This document shows, piece after piece, positions 37,641-46,963 of a stretch of 64,000 bases of DNA. Every line of letters begins with the position of its first letter. Within the stretch, counting starts at the first letter, position 1. Both the position numbers and the translations under genes were made by a program. The stretch spans positions 11,191-75,190 of the forward strand of contig CAYSMH010000001.1 of the NCBI GenBank assembly GCA_964432275.1, given 5' to 3'. The notes below the pieces were generated by a model. The model searched no databases and had not been told where the DNA came from. It saw nothing but the letters and a program-made list of their open reading frames with translations. This DNA is from an uncultured Candidatus Saccharibacteria bacterium (GTDB taxonomy: Bacteria; Patescibacteriota; Minisyncoccia; Phycocordibacterales; UBA9973).

Positions 37641-38174
37641 TTATGCGGTCTTCTTGCCGGCTTTACGTCTGATTACTTCGTTATCGTATCGGAAACCTTT
37701 TCCTTTGTATGGCTCTGGTTTTTTCATTGCACGTACCTTTGCTGAAAATTGTCCAACAAGCTCTTTGTTGATACCGGTAAAAGTAATGTTGTTCTTTTCT
37801 GCGGTTACGGTCAAGCCCTCTGGAATAGGCACAACAACAGGGTGCGAGAATCCGAGCGCAAGATGAAGATCATTTCCTTTCACTTCACTTTTGAAACCAA
37901 CTCCTTCAAGGATGAGCTTTTTGACGTATGGCTTATTTACCCCATCAATCATGTTTTTAGTATGAGATGCGTACGTACCCCAGATTGCACGAGCAAATGG
38001 ATCATCACCCTTTTGAGCAAAAGTAACCATGCCGTCAGCAACAGTAATCATAACGTACTCAGGAAGAACTTTTTCGAGTGTGCCAAGTGGCCCCTTCACA
38101 CGCAACAGACCATCTGTATATGTAACTTCGGTATTTGCAGGTATTACTAACTGTTGTTTTCCAATTCGACTCAT
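37641..38174 (-). CDS. rplF: 50S ribosomal protein L6
   Basis: MSRIGKQQLVIPANTEV... with two L6 domains. Confidence 0.9.
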   Translation of the reverse strand: MSRIGKQQLVIPANTEVTYTDGLLRVKGPLGTLEKVLPEYVMITVADGMVTFAQKGDDPFARAIWGTYASHTKNMIDGVNKPYVKKLILEGVGFKSEVKGNDLHLALGFSHPVVVPIPEGLTVTAEKNNITFTGINKELVGQFSAKVRAMKKPEPYKGKGFRYDNEVIRRKAGKKTA

Positions 38175-38181
38175 ATAGGTA

Positions 38182-38577
38182 TTACCAAATCATAAATAAT
38201 ACTTCCCCGCCGACGACCTCTTTGCGAGCCTGTTTGTCGCTCAGTATTCCTTTTGGAGTAGAGAGTACGAGCATGCCGTGACCATTTTTCACTTGGTGAA
38301 TATCGTGCACACCGAGATATGTACGTCGTGACGGCTTCGAAAGGCGCTTCACGTCGTGAATACGAGGCTCTTGTCCTTTGTACGCAAGCTCAATCTCAAG
38401 TACAGGTACGTTGTTTTTTTCAGTCTTTTTTGAAACATCAGCTACATAGCCGTGTTCCTTCAAACATACCGCAATAGCATGTTTAAGTTTAGAAAACGGT
38501 ACTACCACACTCTTTTTTGAAACGAGTGCGCCGTTTTTCATTGTATTGATCATGTTTGCAATAGGGTCAGTAGTCAT
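38182..38577 (-). CDS. rpsH: 30S ribosomal protein S8
   Basis: DPIANMINTMKNG... Confidence 0.9.
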   Translation of the reverse strand: MTTDPIANMINTMKNGALVSKKSVVVPFSKLKHAIAVCLKEHGYVADVSKKTEKNNVPVLEIELAYKGQEPRIHDVKRLSKPSRRTYLGVHDIHQVKNGHGMLVLSTPKGILSDKQARKEVVGGEVLFMIW

Positions 38578-38581
38578 AGTA

Positions 38582-38767
38582 TTACCAAGAACTCTTACGG
38601 ATACCTGGGATCATGCCGTCATTGGCAAGCTCTCGGAAACAGATACGGCAGAGACCAAAGTCACGCATATATCCGTGTCGTCGACCACAGCGAAAACAGC
38701 GGTTCACCGCTCGAGTACTGTATTTAGGCGTCTTTTGGGAACGCGCGATAGTTGAGGTCTTTGCCAT
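38582..38767 (-). CDS. rpsZ: 30S ribosomal protein S14 type Z (zinc-binding)
   Basis: 61 aa with CFRCGRRHG...CRICFRE. Confidence 0.9.
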   Translation of the reverse strand: MAKTSTIARSQKTPKYSTRAVNRCFRCGRRHGYMRDFGLCRICFRELANDGMIPGIRKSSW

Positions 38768-38864
38768 AGGTTCGGTCCCCCTTGGAATATCGCATGGATT
38801 TTTCTCTAAGCTTCCCCGAAAGGTTGCTCAGAGAGAAACTCATGGATTACCAAAGAGTCTGCAT

Positions 38865-38893
38865 ATCCTAGCAGATGGGAGTGGTAGTGTCAA
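38865..38893 (-). promoter_or_regulatory. internal sigma-70-type promoter for rpsZ and downstream genes (TTGACA-17-TAGGAT)
   Basis: Minus-strand -35 at 38888-38893 and -10 at 38865-38870. GGGGGA is a Shine-Dalgarno before the rpsZ ATG. Confidence 0.5.
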
Positions 38894-38894
38894 A

Positions 38895-38921
38895 TAAGAA
38901 AGCGGGGTCTTCCCCGCTTTT
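38895..38921 (-). terminator. intrinsic terminator directly after the CPBP-like gene, inside the ribosomal cluster
   Basis: AGCGGGGAAGACCCCGCT followed by TTCTTATTT on the minus strand. Confidence 0.6.
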
Positions 38922-38924
38922 TAC

Positions 38925-39551
38925 TTACGCCTTAAATATTCCTTCCTGGATGGCAATCATATTAAATACCATATGCACTGGTAAAATGAGAAAAACATTT
39001 TGATGTACCTTGTACAGCAAAGTAAACATGATCGCTCCTGGGATGATGAAAATCATCTTGTACCAAGGGTCTGGGAAAATAAAATGCATCCCGGCAAAAA
39101 ATGCAGCATTGAGCGTAAAGTTCACCCATGGATGGTTTGGTAGTAGTTCTTGTCCAACTTTCCATAGATACACCTAATAGAGGAAGACTTGTGCAAGCAC
39201 TCCAATACCAGACCAATACAATATTTTTTGCCAATCTACATTCCACTCCAAGGGATGAAAACGCCCCCATACAATAAACCAAATAACCCCAAGCAGTATT
39301 GCATCGATATGATCACATATGCCATCCATGGTTATGGGCATACACCCTATACTTTTTATCGTCCACATACCACGCCAAACACGTAGATATGTGGTAATCG
39401 CCACAAATAAAAATACAAGGGCAAGAACAACGGCATTGAGATGTTCGGTAGATATCCGAGTAAACTGCATGGCAGCAATACATAGCGGTGGAAGAATGGG
39501 AACCGTCGTAAATTCCCGGTACGTACAGACGAGGGATATGGGTTTTTTCAT
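38925..39551 (-). pseudogene. CPBP (CAAX protease/Abi)-like polytopic membrane protein, one reading frame interrupted by in-frame TAG at 39174-39176
   Basis: The ORF-track entries 39174..39551 and 38925..39173 are in the same frame, separated only by TAG. The downstream part starts with GTG immediately after TAG and carries FAGMH (FxxxH) and HMVFN (HxxxN) motifs; a degenerate motif 1 reads QELLPN. Confidence 0.45.
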
Positions 39552-39636
39552 TGTGCAGATTTTTCTTTACTCTATTCCTCATATATCAAATGTCAAACAC
39601 CTCCCTGTTTCCAGAGAGGTGTTTGTTGTTAAAAAA

Positions 39637-40176
39637 TTATTTGGTGTCTTGTTTAAACGGGATACCGAGATAGGTAAAGAATGCGAGTGCTTCGTCACGG
39701 TTTTTTGCAGTAGAGACAAGAGTGATCGCAAATCCGAACACGTCCTTAAGGTCTTCATCAGAAGTTTCTGGGAAAATAGTGTGCTCTTTGATACCAAGTG
39801 TCATGTTACCAATACTATCAACAGTCTTTGGGTCAATACCACGGAAGTCTTTGGTGCGAGGGATTGCAATGTTGATAAGTTTATCAACGAAATGGAGCAT
39901 GCGTGCACCGCGAAGCGTTACCGCTACTCCGATCGGATCACCTTGACGCACCTTGAAGCTTGCAACTGATTTCTTTGCAGAACGAACAGTTGGTCGCTGA
40001 CCAGTGATTCGAGTGAGTCGGTCCATAATCACATCGTTTTTCGTACGATCTTTTTTCATGCCAGATCCAGTACCGCTTGAAATAACGATTTTGACCAATC
40101 GAGGTGCTGCAAGAACACTGGTGTATCCAGGAAGTGCTGTATGAGTAGTATCTTGTTTTTGCTTAATGATTTCCAT
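39637..40176 (-). CDS. rplE: 50S ribosomal protein L5
   Basis: Conserved L5 sequence. Confidence 0.9.
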   Translation of the reverse strand: MEIIKQKQDTTHTALPGYTSVLAAPRLVKIVISSGTGSGMKKDRTKNDVIMDRLTRITGQRPTVRSAKKSVASFKVRQGDPIGVAVTLRGARMLHFVDKLINIAIPRTKDFRGIDPKTVDSIGNMTLGIKEHTIFPETSDEDLKDVFGFAITLVSTAKNRDEALAFFTYLGIPFKQDTK

Positions 40177-40186
40177 ATAAAAACTC

Positions 40187-40417
40187 TTATTTCTTTACTG
40201 CTTTCTTTTCAGCAAGCTTGAGGTTGGAGTGATGAATCGACGCTTCTCGCTCTACAATAGAACCTTTTTCGGTTTTACTTTTTGCACGAACATGCACCTT
40301 AACCTTGTTGACCCCATCGACAATCGCTCGGTCACCGATAATGCGCGCAACAGGACCCTTCGCACCTTTGTGCTTGCCAGTTATTACTATAACGTTGTCT
40401 CCTTTTTTGATATGCAT
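40187..40417 (-). CDS. rplX: 50S ribosomal protein L24
   Basis: MHIKKGDNVIVITGKHKGAKG (KOW motif). The start at 40417 is chosen; the longer ORF-track N-terminus overlaps rplN. Confidence 0.9.
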   Translation of the reverse strand: MHIKKGDNVIVITGKHKGAKGPVARIIGDRAIVDGVNKVKVHVRAKSKTEKGSIVEREASIHHSNLKLAEKKAVKK

Positions 40418-40418
40418 A

Positions 40419-40790
40419 TTATAAAACCTCTGGTGCCAATGACACGATTTTCTGATAGCCGAGCTCACCAATCTCTCGAGGGATCGGGCCAAAGATACGA
40501 CCAGCCTTTGGTTCTTTCTTTCCCTTTTCGATCACAACAACTGCATTATCATCAAATCGGATATATGACCCATCTTTGCGACGAAATGCATTCTTTTGTC
40601 GGACCACTACTGCGTAGAGGACATCTTTTTTCTTGATCGCCTTGCGAGGTTCTGCAACCTTCACTGAAATAACAACAACATCTCCGATACCAGCATACCG
40701 GCGCTTACTACCACCAAGTACTTTGAAGACCTTACCGATTTTTCCTCCGGCGTTGTCAGTGATTTTTACGATTGTTCCATCTTGTACCAT
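40419..40790 (-). CDS. rplN: 50S ribosomal protein L14
   Basis: MVQDGTIVKITDNAGGK... Confidence 0.9.
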   Translation of the reverse strand: MVQDGTIVKITDNAGGKIGKVFKVLGGSKRRYAGIGDVVVISVKVAEPRKAIKKKDVLYAVVVRQKNAFRRKDGSYIRFDDNAVVVIEKGKKEPKAGRIFGPIPREIGELGYQKIVSLAPEVL

Positions 40791-40794
40791 ATAG

Positions 40795-41055
40795 TTAACT
40801 CTGTTGTACGTTATCCGCTACTACAATGAAGCGCTTGTCCTTTGACAAAGGTCGTGTCTCGCGCAGCTCAACAATATCACCGACTTTGTGAGTATTGTTT
40901 TCGTCGTGCGCCTTGAACTTCTTGGTGATCTTGTAGTACTTTTTGTACTTAGGATGCTGCACAAAGCGTGTCACTGCAACAACAACGGTTTTATCCATCT
41001 TGTCTGAAACGACAGTTCCCTTGAGTGTTTTAGTTGTAATAATTTCTGATTTCAT
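40795..41055 (-). CDS. rpsQ: 30S ribosomal protein S17
   Basis: [20 protein letters not shown]... Confidence 0.9.
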   Translation of the reverse strand: MKSEIITTKTLKGTVVSDKMDKTVVVAVTRFVQHPKYKKYYKITKKFKAHDENNTHKVGDIVELRETRPLSKDKRFIVVADNVQQS

Positions 41056-41069
41056 AATAGTTATACTCG

Positions 41070-41486
41070 TTATACTCTCTCAACGACACGGGTCTTCAGT
41101 GGAAGTTTAGTTCCTGCTTTACGTAGCGCTTCTCGTGCAACCACTTCAGTAACACCATCTACTTCAAAGATGATACGTCCTGGAAGCACTTCCATGCAGT
41201 ATCCATCAAGATCTCCCTTACCTCCTCCCATCGGTACTTCTGCTGGCTTTGAGGTGATAGGACGGTCTGGGAAGACACGAATCCACATACGGCCAGTCTT
41301 ACCGAGGTGACGAGATGCTGCCTTACGAGCTGCTTCGATCTGGTTTGATGTGATACGAGCAAGTGACTCAGTCTTGAGCCCAAACGAACCAAAGTTGATA
41401 GTAGTACCACGAGTCTCTATACGCCCTTCCATCTTAGTTCGTTTCTTTTGCCACTTTCTAAATTTTACCTTTTTTGGAAATAACAT
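41070..41486 (-). CDS. rplP: 50S ribosomal protein L16
   Basis: [14 protein letters not shown]... Confidence 0.9.
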   Translation of the reverse strand: MLFPKKVKFRKWQKKRTKMEGRIETRGTTINFGSFGLKTESLARITSNQIEAARKAASRHLGKTGRMWIRVFPDRPITSKPAEVPMGGGKGDLDGYCMEVLPGRIIFEVDGVTEVVAREALRKAGTKLPLKTRVVERV

Positions 41487-41489
41487 ACA

Positions 41490-42173
41490 TTAACTCTTGG
41501 ACTGTCTACTGTCTTGATCTTTGGTAAAAACCTGACCTTTGTAAATCCACACCTTAATACCGATCACACCGTATGCGAGATTTGCGCGTTCACGAGCAAA
41601 ATCGATATCTGCACGAATAGTCTGCAGCGGAATAGATCCACGCTTGAGTTCTTCACTTCGTGAGATTTCAGCTCCTCCGAGTCGTCCTCCGAGATAAAAC
41701 TTTACTCCCTGCACACCACGAACCGCCATCACCTTTTCGATAAGCTGCTTCATAACACGACGGTATGGGAGTCGCTTCTCCAAACCTTCTGCAATCATGT
41801 ATGCAACAATCTTTGCATCAGCATCAGGACTAGTAACTTCGACGATTTCAAGTCGGATGTCATCTGTAACAGTAAGTTTTGCTCGTTTGAGGGCTGTTTG
41901 GATATCTGCCTTGAGTTTGGTTGCACCCTCACCAGATCGACCAATAATCATACCTGGGCGAGATGTTCGAAGAATCACTCGAATAGCTTTTTGACTTCGC
42001 TCTATTTCTATACTTGAAATGTATGAACCGCGAAGGCGCTTTTCGAGGTACCCACGAATCGTAACGTCAACCTTGAGGTTCTGAACGTAGTTTTTGTCGG
42101 TTGCAAACCAGCGACTCTTCCAATCGCGAAGTGTTACAAGACGGTGTGAATATGGGTGGACAACTTTAGACAT
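41490..42173 (-). CDS. rpsC: 30S ribosomal protein S3
   Basis: KH and S3-C domains. Confidence 0.9.
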   Translation of the reverse strand: MSKVVHPYSHRLVTLRDWKSRWFATDKNYVQNLKVDVTIRGYLEKRLRGSYISSIEIERSQKAIRVILRTSRPGMIIGRSGEGATKLKADIQTALKRAKLTVTDDIRLEIVEVTSPDADAKIVAYMIAEGLEKRLPYRRVMKQLIEKVMAVRGVQGVKFYLGGRLGGAEISRSEELKRGSIPLQTIRADIDFARERANLAYGVIGIKVWIYKGQVFTKDQDSRQSKS

Positions 42174-42177
42174 ACTA

Positions 42178-42528
42178 TTATTTCTTTACTTTTTTAGCTT
42201 TTAGTGGAGCGGTCCCGAGAGTAACTGTTACATGAGAGAGACGCTTGTTGATAGGAGTTGCACGTCCCATTGCGCGAGGCATAGACCGCTTCATAACAAG
42301 TCCCTTGTTTACTTCTACATTTTGTACAACAAGAGTCGCAGAATCTGCACCTGCAGTCACTGCGTTTGCAACAGCACTTTTTATGAGTTTCTGCATAGGA
42401 AGCGCACCACGCTTGACCATGTATGCAAGCGTCGTGTCAGCATCAGCAACACTCTTGCCTTTAACGGCATTTGCCACAAGGCGAACCTTGCGAGGAGATT
42501 GTTTGTAATTTGATAGTGTTGCTTTCAT
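42178..42528 (-). CDS. rplV: 50S ribosomal protein L22
   Basis: Conserved L22 sequence. Confidence 0.9.
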   Translation of the reverse strand: MKATLSNYKQSPRKVRLVANAVKGKSVADADTTLAYMVKRGALPMQKLIKSAVANAVTAGADSATLVVQNVEVNKGLVMKRSMPRAMGRATPINKRLSHVTVTLGTAPLKAKKVKK

Positions 42529-42573
42529 GGTTAATTTTATTGAAATTATTTCCCTGACTATATTGTAAATATG

Positions 42574-42912
42574 TTACTTTTTGTCAGTTGTAGCTTTTGC
42601 TGCTTTTGCTGCTGAGATTTCAGCTTCTTTTTTCTTTTGATCGATTTCCTTCTGCATCTTACCACCGTGTCGGGTAAACTTGCGTGTTGGCGAGAATTCT
42701 CCCAAACGATGCCCTACCATGTCTTCGGTCACAAGCACTTCGATATGCTGCTTGCCATTGTGCACACCAAAGGTAAATCCAACCATTTCTGGTGCGATTT
42801 GACTATCACGAGCCCATGTCTTGATGACACCAGCTGACATAGGAGCTTTGCCCTCAATCTTCTTGAGGAGCTTTTCATCAATATACGGGCCTTTGGCGAG
42901 TGATCGTGTCAT
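42574..42912 (-). CDS. rpsS: 30S ribosomal protein S19 with Lys-rich C-terminal extension
   Basis: [13 protein letters not shown]...[13 protein letters not shown]. Confidence 0.9.
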   Translation of the reverse strand: MTRSLAKGPYIDEKLLKKIEGKAPMSAGVIKTWARDSQIAPEMVGFTFGVHNGKQHIEVLVTEDMVGHRLGEFSPTRKFTRHGGKMQKEIDQKKKEAEISAAKAAKATTDKK

Positions 42913-42934
42913 TTCGGTGGTTTCTTTGGTAGAA

Positions 42935-42960
42935 AAAAGAAGCTCTTACGAGCTGATGTA
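42935..42960 (-). terminator. intrinsic terminator after the toxin gene (and possible leader hairpin upstream of rpsS)
   Basis: AGCTCGTAAGAGCT followed by TCTTTTTTC on the minus strand. It is preceded by TTGACA-16-TACTAT (minus strand, about 42962-42990). Confidence 0.5.
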
Positions 42961-42995
42961 TAGTAGCAAATTCTAACCCAATGTCAAATATGCCA

Positions 42996-43259
42996 TTAGT
43001 CGTAGATATCGTGATCCCCTATAGAGTGAAAAAGTATTGTATCTTGCTGATTTGGGTCAAATTCAAAGATGACTCTATACGCCTGGTCAATGGAAAAAGC
43101 GTACAAACCAGCCAGTATTCCGTGTAATTTATGCGTCCTAAGCGTAGGCGCAAACGGATCCTTTCGAAAAAGGGCTTCTTTCGTTTCAAACTTTCGGATG
43201 ATGTTTTGAGGGAGTTTCTTGTGTAAACGATTGAACTTCGGTGAATATATGATTTGCAT
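42996..43259 (-). CDS. type II toxin, RelE/ParE superfamily (YafQ-like)
   Basis: 87 aa: ...THKLHGILAGLYAFSIDQAYRVIFEFDPNQQDTILFHSIGDHDIY, a typical RelE-fold C-terminus. It lies 6 nt downstream of the antitoxin. Confidence 0.6.
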   Translation of the reverse strand: MQIIYSPKFNRLHKKLPQNIIRKFETKEALFRKDPFAPTLRTHKLHGILAGLYAFSIDQAYRVIFEFDPNQQDTILFHSIGDHDIYD

Positions 43260-43265
43260 GTACTG

Positions 43266-43481
43266 CTATCGTAAATCTTTGAAGTTTTTGAGAACTTTTC
43301 CCTTACCCGCTGCTATTTCTCGACGACTTTCTTGCACCTCCGCAAGTACCTGCTGTTTTCGCCATTCGCGCAAAAGCTGTCGAATGAACTCACTTTTAGA
43401 GCTATAGTTGCCTTCTTTGACCGCAGTTTCAAGCTCTTGAGCAAGAGGTGCCGGCATTGAAATATTGACTATGGTTCTCAT
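43266..43481 (-). CDS. ribbon-helix-helix (CopG/ParD/DinJ-like) antitoxin
   Basis: 71 aa, MRTIVNISMPAPLAQELETAVKEGNYSSKSEFIRQLLREW: an N-terminal beta-strand then two helices. AGGAGG lies upstream. Confidence 0.55.
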   Translation of the reverse strand: MRTIVNISMPAPLAQELETAVKEGNYSSKSEFIRQLLREWRKQQVLAEVQESRREIAAGKGKVLKNFKDLR

Positions 43482-43504
43482 ACCTCCTACTGTAACACAA
43501 TGTA

Positions 43505-43897
43505 TTACAGCAGTGCAACTACCTTGGGTACAAATACGATCAGACCCACGACTACCGCACCTACTACCGTCAGGAGTACTGCTCCCGCAGCGACGTCTTT
43601 GGTATCACGGGCATAGGGGTGATAGGTAGGGCTCGTGAGGTCTATATCGATCTCGAGCGCAGTGTTGAAGCCTTCTGCGACCAGTACCGACGTGATCGCA
43701 AGCACAAGCACTGCCCATTCCCCTGGACTGATCTGTAGTACAAAGCCGAGCAGCACCACAACCACTGTAGCAACCGCATGCACCCAGGCATTGTGTTGTG
43801 TCCGGAAAATGATCCCTATCCCCCGCAGTGCATGCCGGAAGCTCTGCGCCCGAGCAATGATAGAGAAGCGTTTCTTTTCTGAGAGGTTTTTGTACAT
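43505..43897 (-). CDS. dgkA: diacylglycerol kinase (DgkA/prokaryotic DAGK family)
   Basis: RSFRHALRGI, three TM helices, EGFNTALE, and ARDTKDVAAGAVLL. The MYKNL start at 43897 is chosen because TGCTATACT lies 6 nt upstream. Confidence 0.75.
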   Translation of the reverse strand: MYKNLSEKKRFSIIARAQSFRHALRGIGIIFRTQHNAWVHAVATVVVVLLGFVLQISPGEWAVLVLAITSVLVAEGFNTALEIDIDLTSPTYHPYARDTKDVAAGAVLLTVVGAVVVGLIVFVPKVVALL

Positions 43898-43903
43898 AGA
43901 GTA

Positions 43904-43912
43904 AGTATAGCA
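43904..43912 (-). promoter_or_regulatory. extended -10 TGCTATACT (dgkA-antitoxin-toxin unit)
   Basis: Exact 9-mer right after the rplB terminator (43913-43950: AACACCC-ACTTACTTGAGC-GGGTGTT followed by TTT). Confidence 0.55.
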
Positions 43913-43954
43913 AAGAAAAACACCCACTTACTTGAGCGGGTGTTTTTCTGAAAA

Positions 43955-44791
43955 TTATTTCTTCCCAACTTTGCGTCTCGTAATGACGTCGTTGTTTGAG
44001 TACTTCTTGGGAGTACGAGTCTTGCGACCACCGGTAACCTTACCCCATAGAGTTTTCGGACGCTTGGTACCTCGGCCTTGTACACCTTCACCACCACCGT
44101 ATGGGTGATCGACAGGGTTCATGGCAGTACCACGGACCGTAGGACGGATACCCTTCCATCGACTTCGTCCAGCCTTACCGTAGCGAACGAGCTTGTTCTC
44201 ATCGTTGGAAACAGTACCGAGTGTTGCCCAGCAAGTATCTTGGACACGTCTGATCTCGGTCGATGGCATCTTGAGCTGCGTGTAGCCGTCGTTTTGCGCG
44301 ATGACCTGTGCAAATGAACCTGCTGATCGGACCATCTTTGCGCCAGCACCTGGCTTGATCTCGATGTTGTATACAAATGCGCCGGTAGGGATCGCAGAGA
44401 GTGGCAAACGGTTGCCTTGCTCGATAGGAGCAGTCGCAGAGACGATAAACGTGTCTCCTACTTTCACACCCTTGGGCAGTACGACGTAGCGCTTTTCACC
44501 ATCACGGTAGACTGCAACTCCGATAAATGCAGAACGGTTTGGGTCGTATTCGATCGAGTCGATACGCGCAACGATGTCGTGCTTGTTGTACAAAAAGTCT
44601 ACATCTCGATACAGGCGCTTGTTACCACCTCCTTTGTGACGAGTAGTGATACGACCCATGTTATTGCGACCTACGTGTCGCTTGCGCCCTTTGGTGAGCG
44701 CTTTGAGTGGAGTGGTGCGAGTCAAAATCTTGCGATAGTCGATCGTAAGTGTTTGTCTCTGTCCTGGTGATGTGGGTTTGCGTGATTTCAT
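43955..44791 (-). CDS. rplB: 50S ribosomal protein L2
   Basis: Conserved L2 sequence. Confidence 0.9.
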   Translation of the reverse strand: MKSRKPTSPGQRQTLTIDYRKILTRTTPLKALTKGRKRHVGRNNMGRITTRHKGGGNKRLYRDVDFLYNKHDIVARIDSIEYDPNRSAFIGVAVYRDGEKRYVVLPKGVKVGDTFIVSATAPIEQGNRLPLSAIPTGAFVYNIEIKPGAGAKMVRSAGSFAQVIAQNDGYTQLKMPSTEIRRVQDTCWATLGTVSNDENKLVRYGKAGRSRWKGIRPTVRGTAMNPVDHPYGGGEGVQGRGTKRPKTLWGKVTGGRKTRTPKKYSNNDVITRRKVGKK

Positions 44792-44815
44792 AAAATTCTT
44801 GTTATCTGTGCATTA

Positions 44816-45139
44816 TTACATAATGTCAATTTTGACACCTTTGGCGACGGTAACGTACGCTTTTTTGGTTTTGCGGGCAACACCGAGCACACCCTTGCGC
44901 CAAAATGTCTTGGGTTTAACGTTTACGGTATGTACCTTAAGTGGCTTGTGTTTGTATTGCGCAAAAAATGCTTTTGCAACCTCACTCTTAGTCATACCTA
45001 CAGTGACATCAAATGTATATGTGTTTACGCTAGCAAGTTTTGCAGCCTTTTCAGTAATACGAGGTTTACGAATAACAGCTGTTGTTGCCTTTGTTTCTCG
45101 TTCTGTTTTTGATTGTGTTGTTTTAGTAGCCATATACAA
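44816..45139 (-). CDS. rplW: 50S ribosomal protein L23
   Basis: Conserved L23 sequence. Confidence 0.85.
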   Translation of the reverse strand: MYMATKTTQSKTERETKATTAVIRKPRITEKAAKLASVNTYTFDVTVGMTKSEVAKAFFAQYKHKPLKVHTVNVKPKTFWRKGVLGVARKTKKAYVTVAKGVKIDIM

Positions 45140-45142
45140 GTA

Positions 45143-45844
45143 TTATTTCATCTTTGACTCAAGAGTCGGTACTGCCTGTGCGGGATCAACCATAACAATG
45201 TGACGGTAGCCCAAAAGCATAGCTGGGTTAATCTCAAGTGTTGTTACCATAGTCACCCCAGGAAGATTTGCAAAACTCTTTGCGACTGTTTCTTCAAGTG
45301 TTGGTACAACGATAAGTGCGTTAGTACGCTTTTCTGAATCGATAGCTGTAAAACCATCTGCTTTTGCAAGCGCTTTTAGGACCATAGATGCATCTTTAGT
45401 CTTGATGGTAGGAAGTGAGAGAGTATCTACAAACAGCACGTTACCCATTGCGTATTTGCGTGAAAGTACAGTGTAGAGTGCCTTGATACGAGATTTCTTG
45501 TTGATCTTTTTTGAATAGTCTTTGTCATTACGAGGACCAAAGGTAATACCACCACCAGTCCAAATCGGACTACGAGTAGAGCCGTGACGAGCTTGTCCAG
45601 TACCTTTTTGTTTCCATGGCTTCTTACCACCACCAGAAACTTCTGAGCGATCCTTGGTATGTGCGGTACCTGCTCGCTTGTTTGCAGCCATACTAGTAAC
45701 AACCTGGTGTACAAGATCTGCGTTCCATGGTGCAGCAAACACCTTCTCAGATAGAGTAATAGTTCCTGCTTTTGTACCCTTTTGTGAGTAGAGTGTCGCT
45801 TCGAGAGATACTGCTTTTTTAGTTGTATGTTTTGATGTAGCCAT
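45143..45844 (-). CDS. rplD: 50S ribosomal protein L4
   Basis: Conserved L4 sequence. Confidence 0.9.
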   Translation of the reverse strand: MATSKHTTKKAVSLEATLYSQKGTKAGTITLSEKVFAAPWNADLVHQVVTSMAANKRAGTAHTKDRSEVSGGGKKPWKQKGTGQARHGSTRSPIWTGGGITFGPRNDKDYSKKINKKSRIKALYTVLSRKYAMGNVLFVDTLSLPTIKTKDASMVLKALAKADGFTAIDSEKRTNALIVVPTLEETVAKSFANLPGVTMVTTLEINPAMLLGYRHIVMVDPAQAVPTLESKMK

Positions 45845-45849
45845 ATGTA

Positions 45850-46461
45850 TTAACTCGCACTTACGATGCGTACAAGAGAGCCTCGTCGACCAGGGACAGC
45901 TCCTCCGATAAAGATCGTGTCTCCTTCTACTGCAACAACCTTAAGTCCTTTAACAGTAACAGTGTCTCCACCAGTACGTCCTGCCATGCGCATACCTTTG
46001 ACGACACGACCTCCGGCACGACCTGGTCCTCCACCGATTGATCCTGGTTCACGCTCTGAGTGTTTCTGACCGTGAGAACGTGGTCCTCCGTGGAAACCAT
46101 GACGCTTGACCACACCTTGGAAACCTTTACTCTTTGAAGTACCGGTAACGATTACACTATCTCCTGCCGCAAATACTTCTGCTGACATAGTATCTCCTGT
46201 AGCAACTTCTGCGCTATCAGTACGAAATTCTCGTACTACCTTGTATGCTTTACCACCAAGCGATCCGAGCTCTGCCTTGGTACGACGTGATTCTTTTTGT
46301 TCACCTGCACCTACCTGTACAGCACTGTAACCATCTGATTCAACAGTTTTGATACGAGTAACAGTGTTTGCTTCCACCTTGATAGCGGTCACGGGATACA
46401 CCACGCCTTTATCATCGAAGCGCTGGGTCATATTGATTTTTGTACCGATGATGAATTTCAT
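45850..46461 (-). CDS. rplC: 50S ribosomal protein L3
   Basis: Conserved L3 sequence. Confidence 0.9.
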   Translation of the reverse strand: MKFIIGTKINMTQRFDDKGVVYPVTAIKVEANTVTRIKTVESDGYSAVQVGAGEQKESRRTKAELGSLGGKAYKVVREFRTDSAEVATGDTMSAEVFAAGDSVIVTGTSKSKGFQGVVKRHGFHGGPRSHGQKHSEREPGSIGGGPGRAGGRVVKGMRMAGRTGGDTVTVKGLKVVAVEGDTIFIGGAVPGRRGSLVRIVSAS

Positions 46462-46524
46462 ATGTTCTTGCCTGCCACCTGGGCGGGTATTGGACCATTT
46501 AAAGCTGATTTAATTGGTAGGAGG

Positions 46525-46552
46525 ATTATACACGGCTTTTAAAAAGGTGCAA
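46525..46552 (-). promoter_or_regulatory. internal promoter TTGCAC-16-TGTATAAT for rplC and downstream genes
   Basis: Minus-strand -35 at 46547-46552 and extended -10 at 46525-46532. It follows the rpsJ terminator AATCCCCGTTTGGGGATT plus T-run (46562-46584). Confidence 0.55.
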
Positions 46553-46612
46553 GTTTATACGCAAAAAATCCCCAAACGGGGATTTTTTGCTGAGTATGTT
46601 CTTTTGGTGAAC

Positions 46613-46963
46613 TTACATCATTTTGACGTCGATATCGACACCTGATGGCATTGAGAGGTTTGTGAGCGCCTCAATGACCTTAGGTGATGGATTTTCAATG
46701 TCGATCAGTCGCTTGTGTACTCGCATCTCAAACTGCTCACGAGCATTTTTGTAGATGAAGGGAGAGCGATTGACTGTGTATTTCTTGATTTCAGTTGGCA
46801 GTGGGATTGGTCCTCGTACGACTGCGTCGTAGCGAATAGCCGTATCCACGATCTGCTTTACTGAAGCGTCGAGAATCTTGTTTTCATAAGCTCGGACTCG
46901 GATACGGAGCATGCTCTGTACTTCGGTACCTGCTTTTGATTTTGTTGGTGTTTTTGTTGCCAT
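46613..46963 (-). CDS. rpsJ: 30S ribosomal protein S10
   Basis: Conserved S10 sequence. Confidence 0.9.
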   Translation of the reverse strand: MATKTPTKSKAGTEVQSMLRIRVRAYENKILDASVKQIVDTAIRYDAVVRGPIPLPTEIKKYTVNRSPFIYKNAREQFEMRVHKRLIDIENPSPKVIEALTNLSMPSGVDIDVKMM

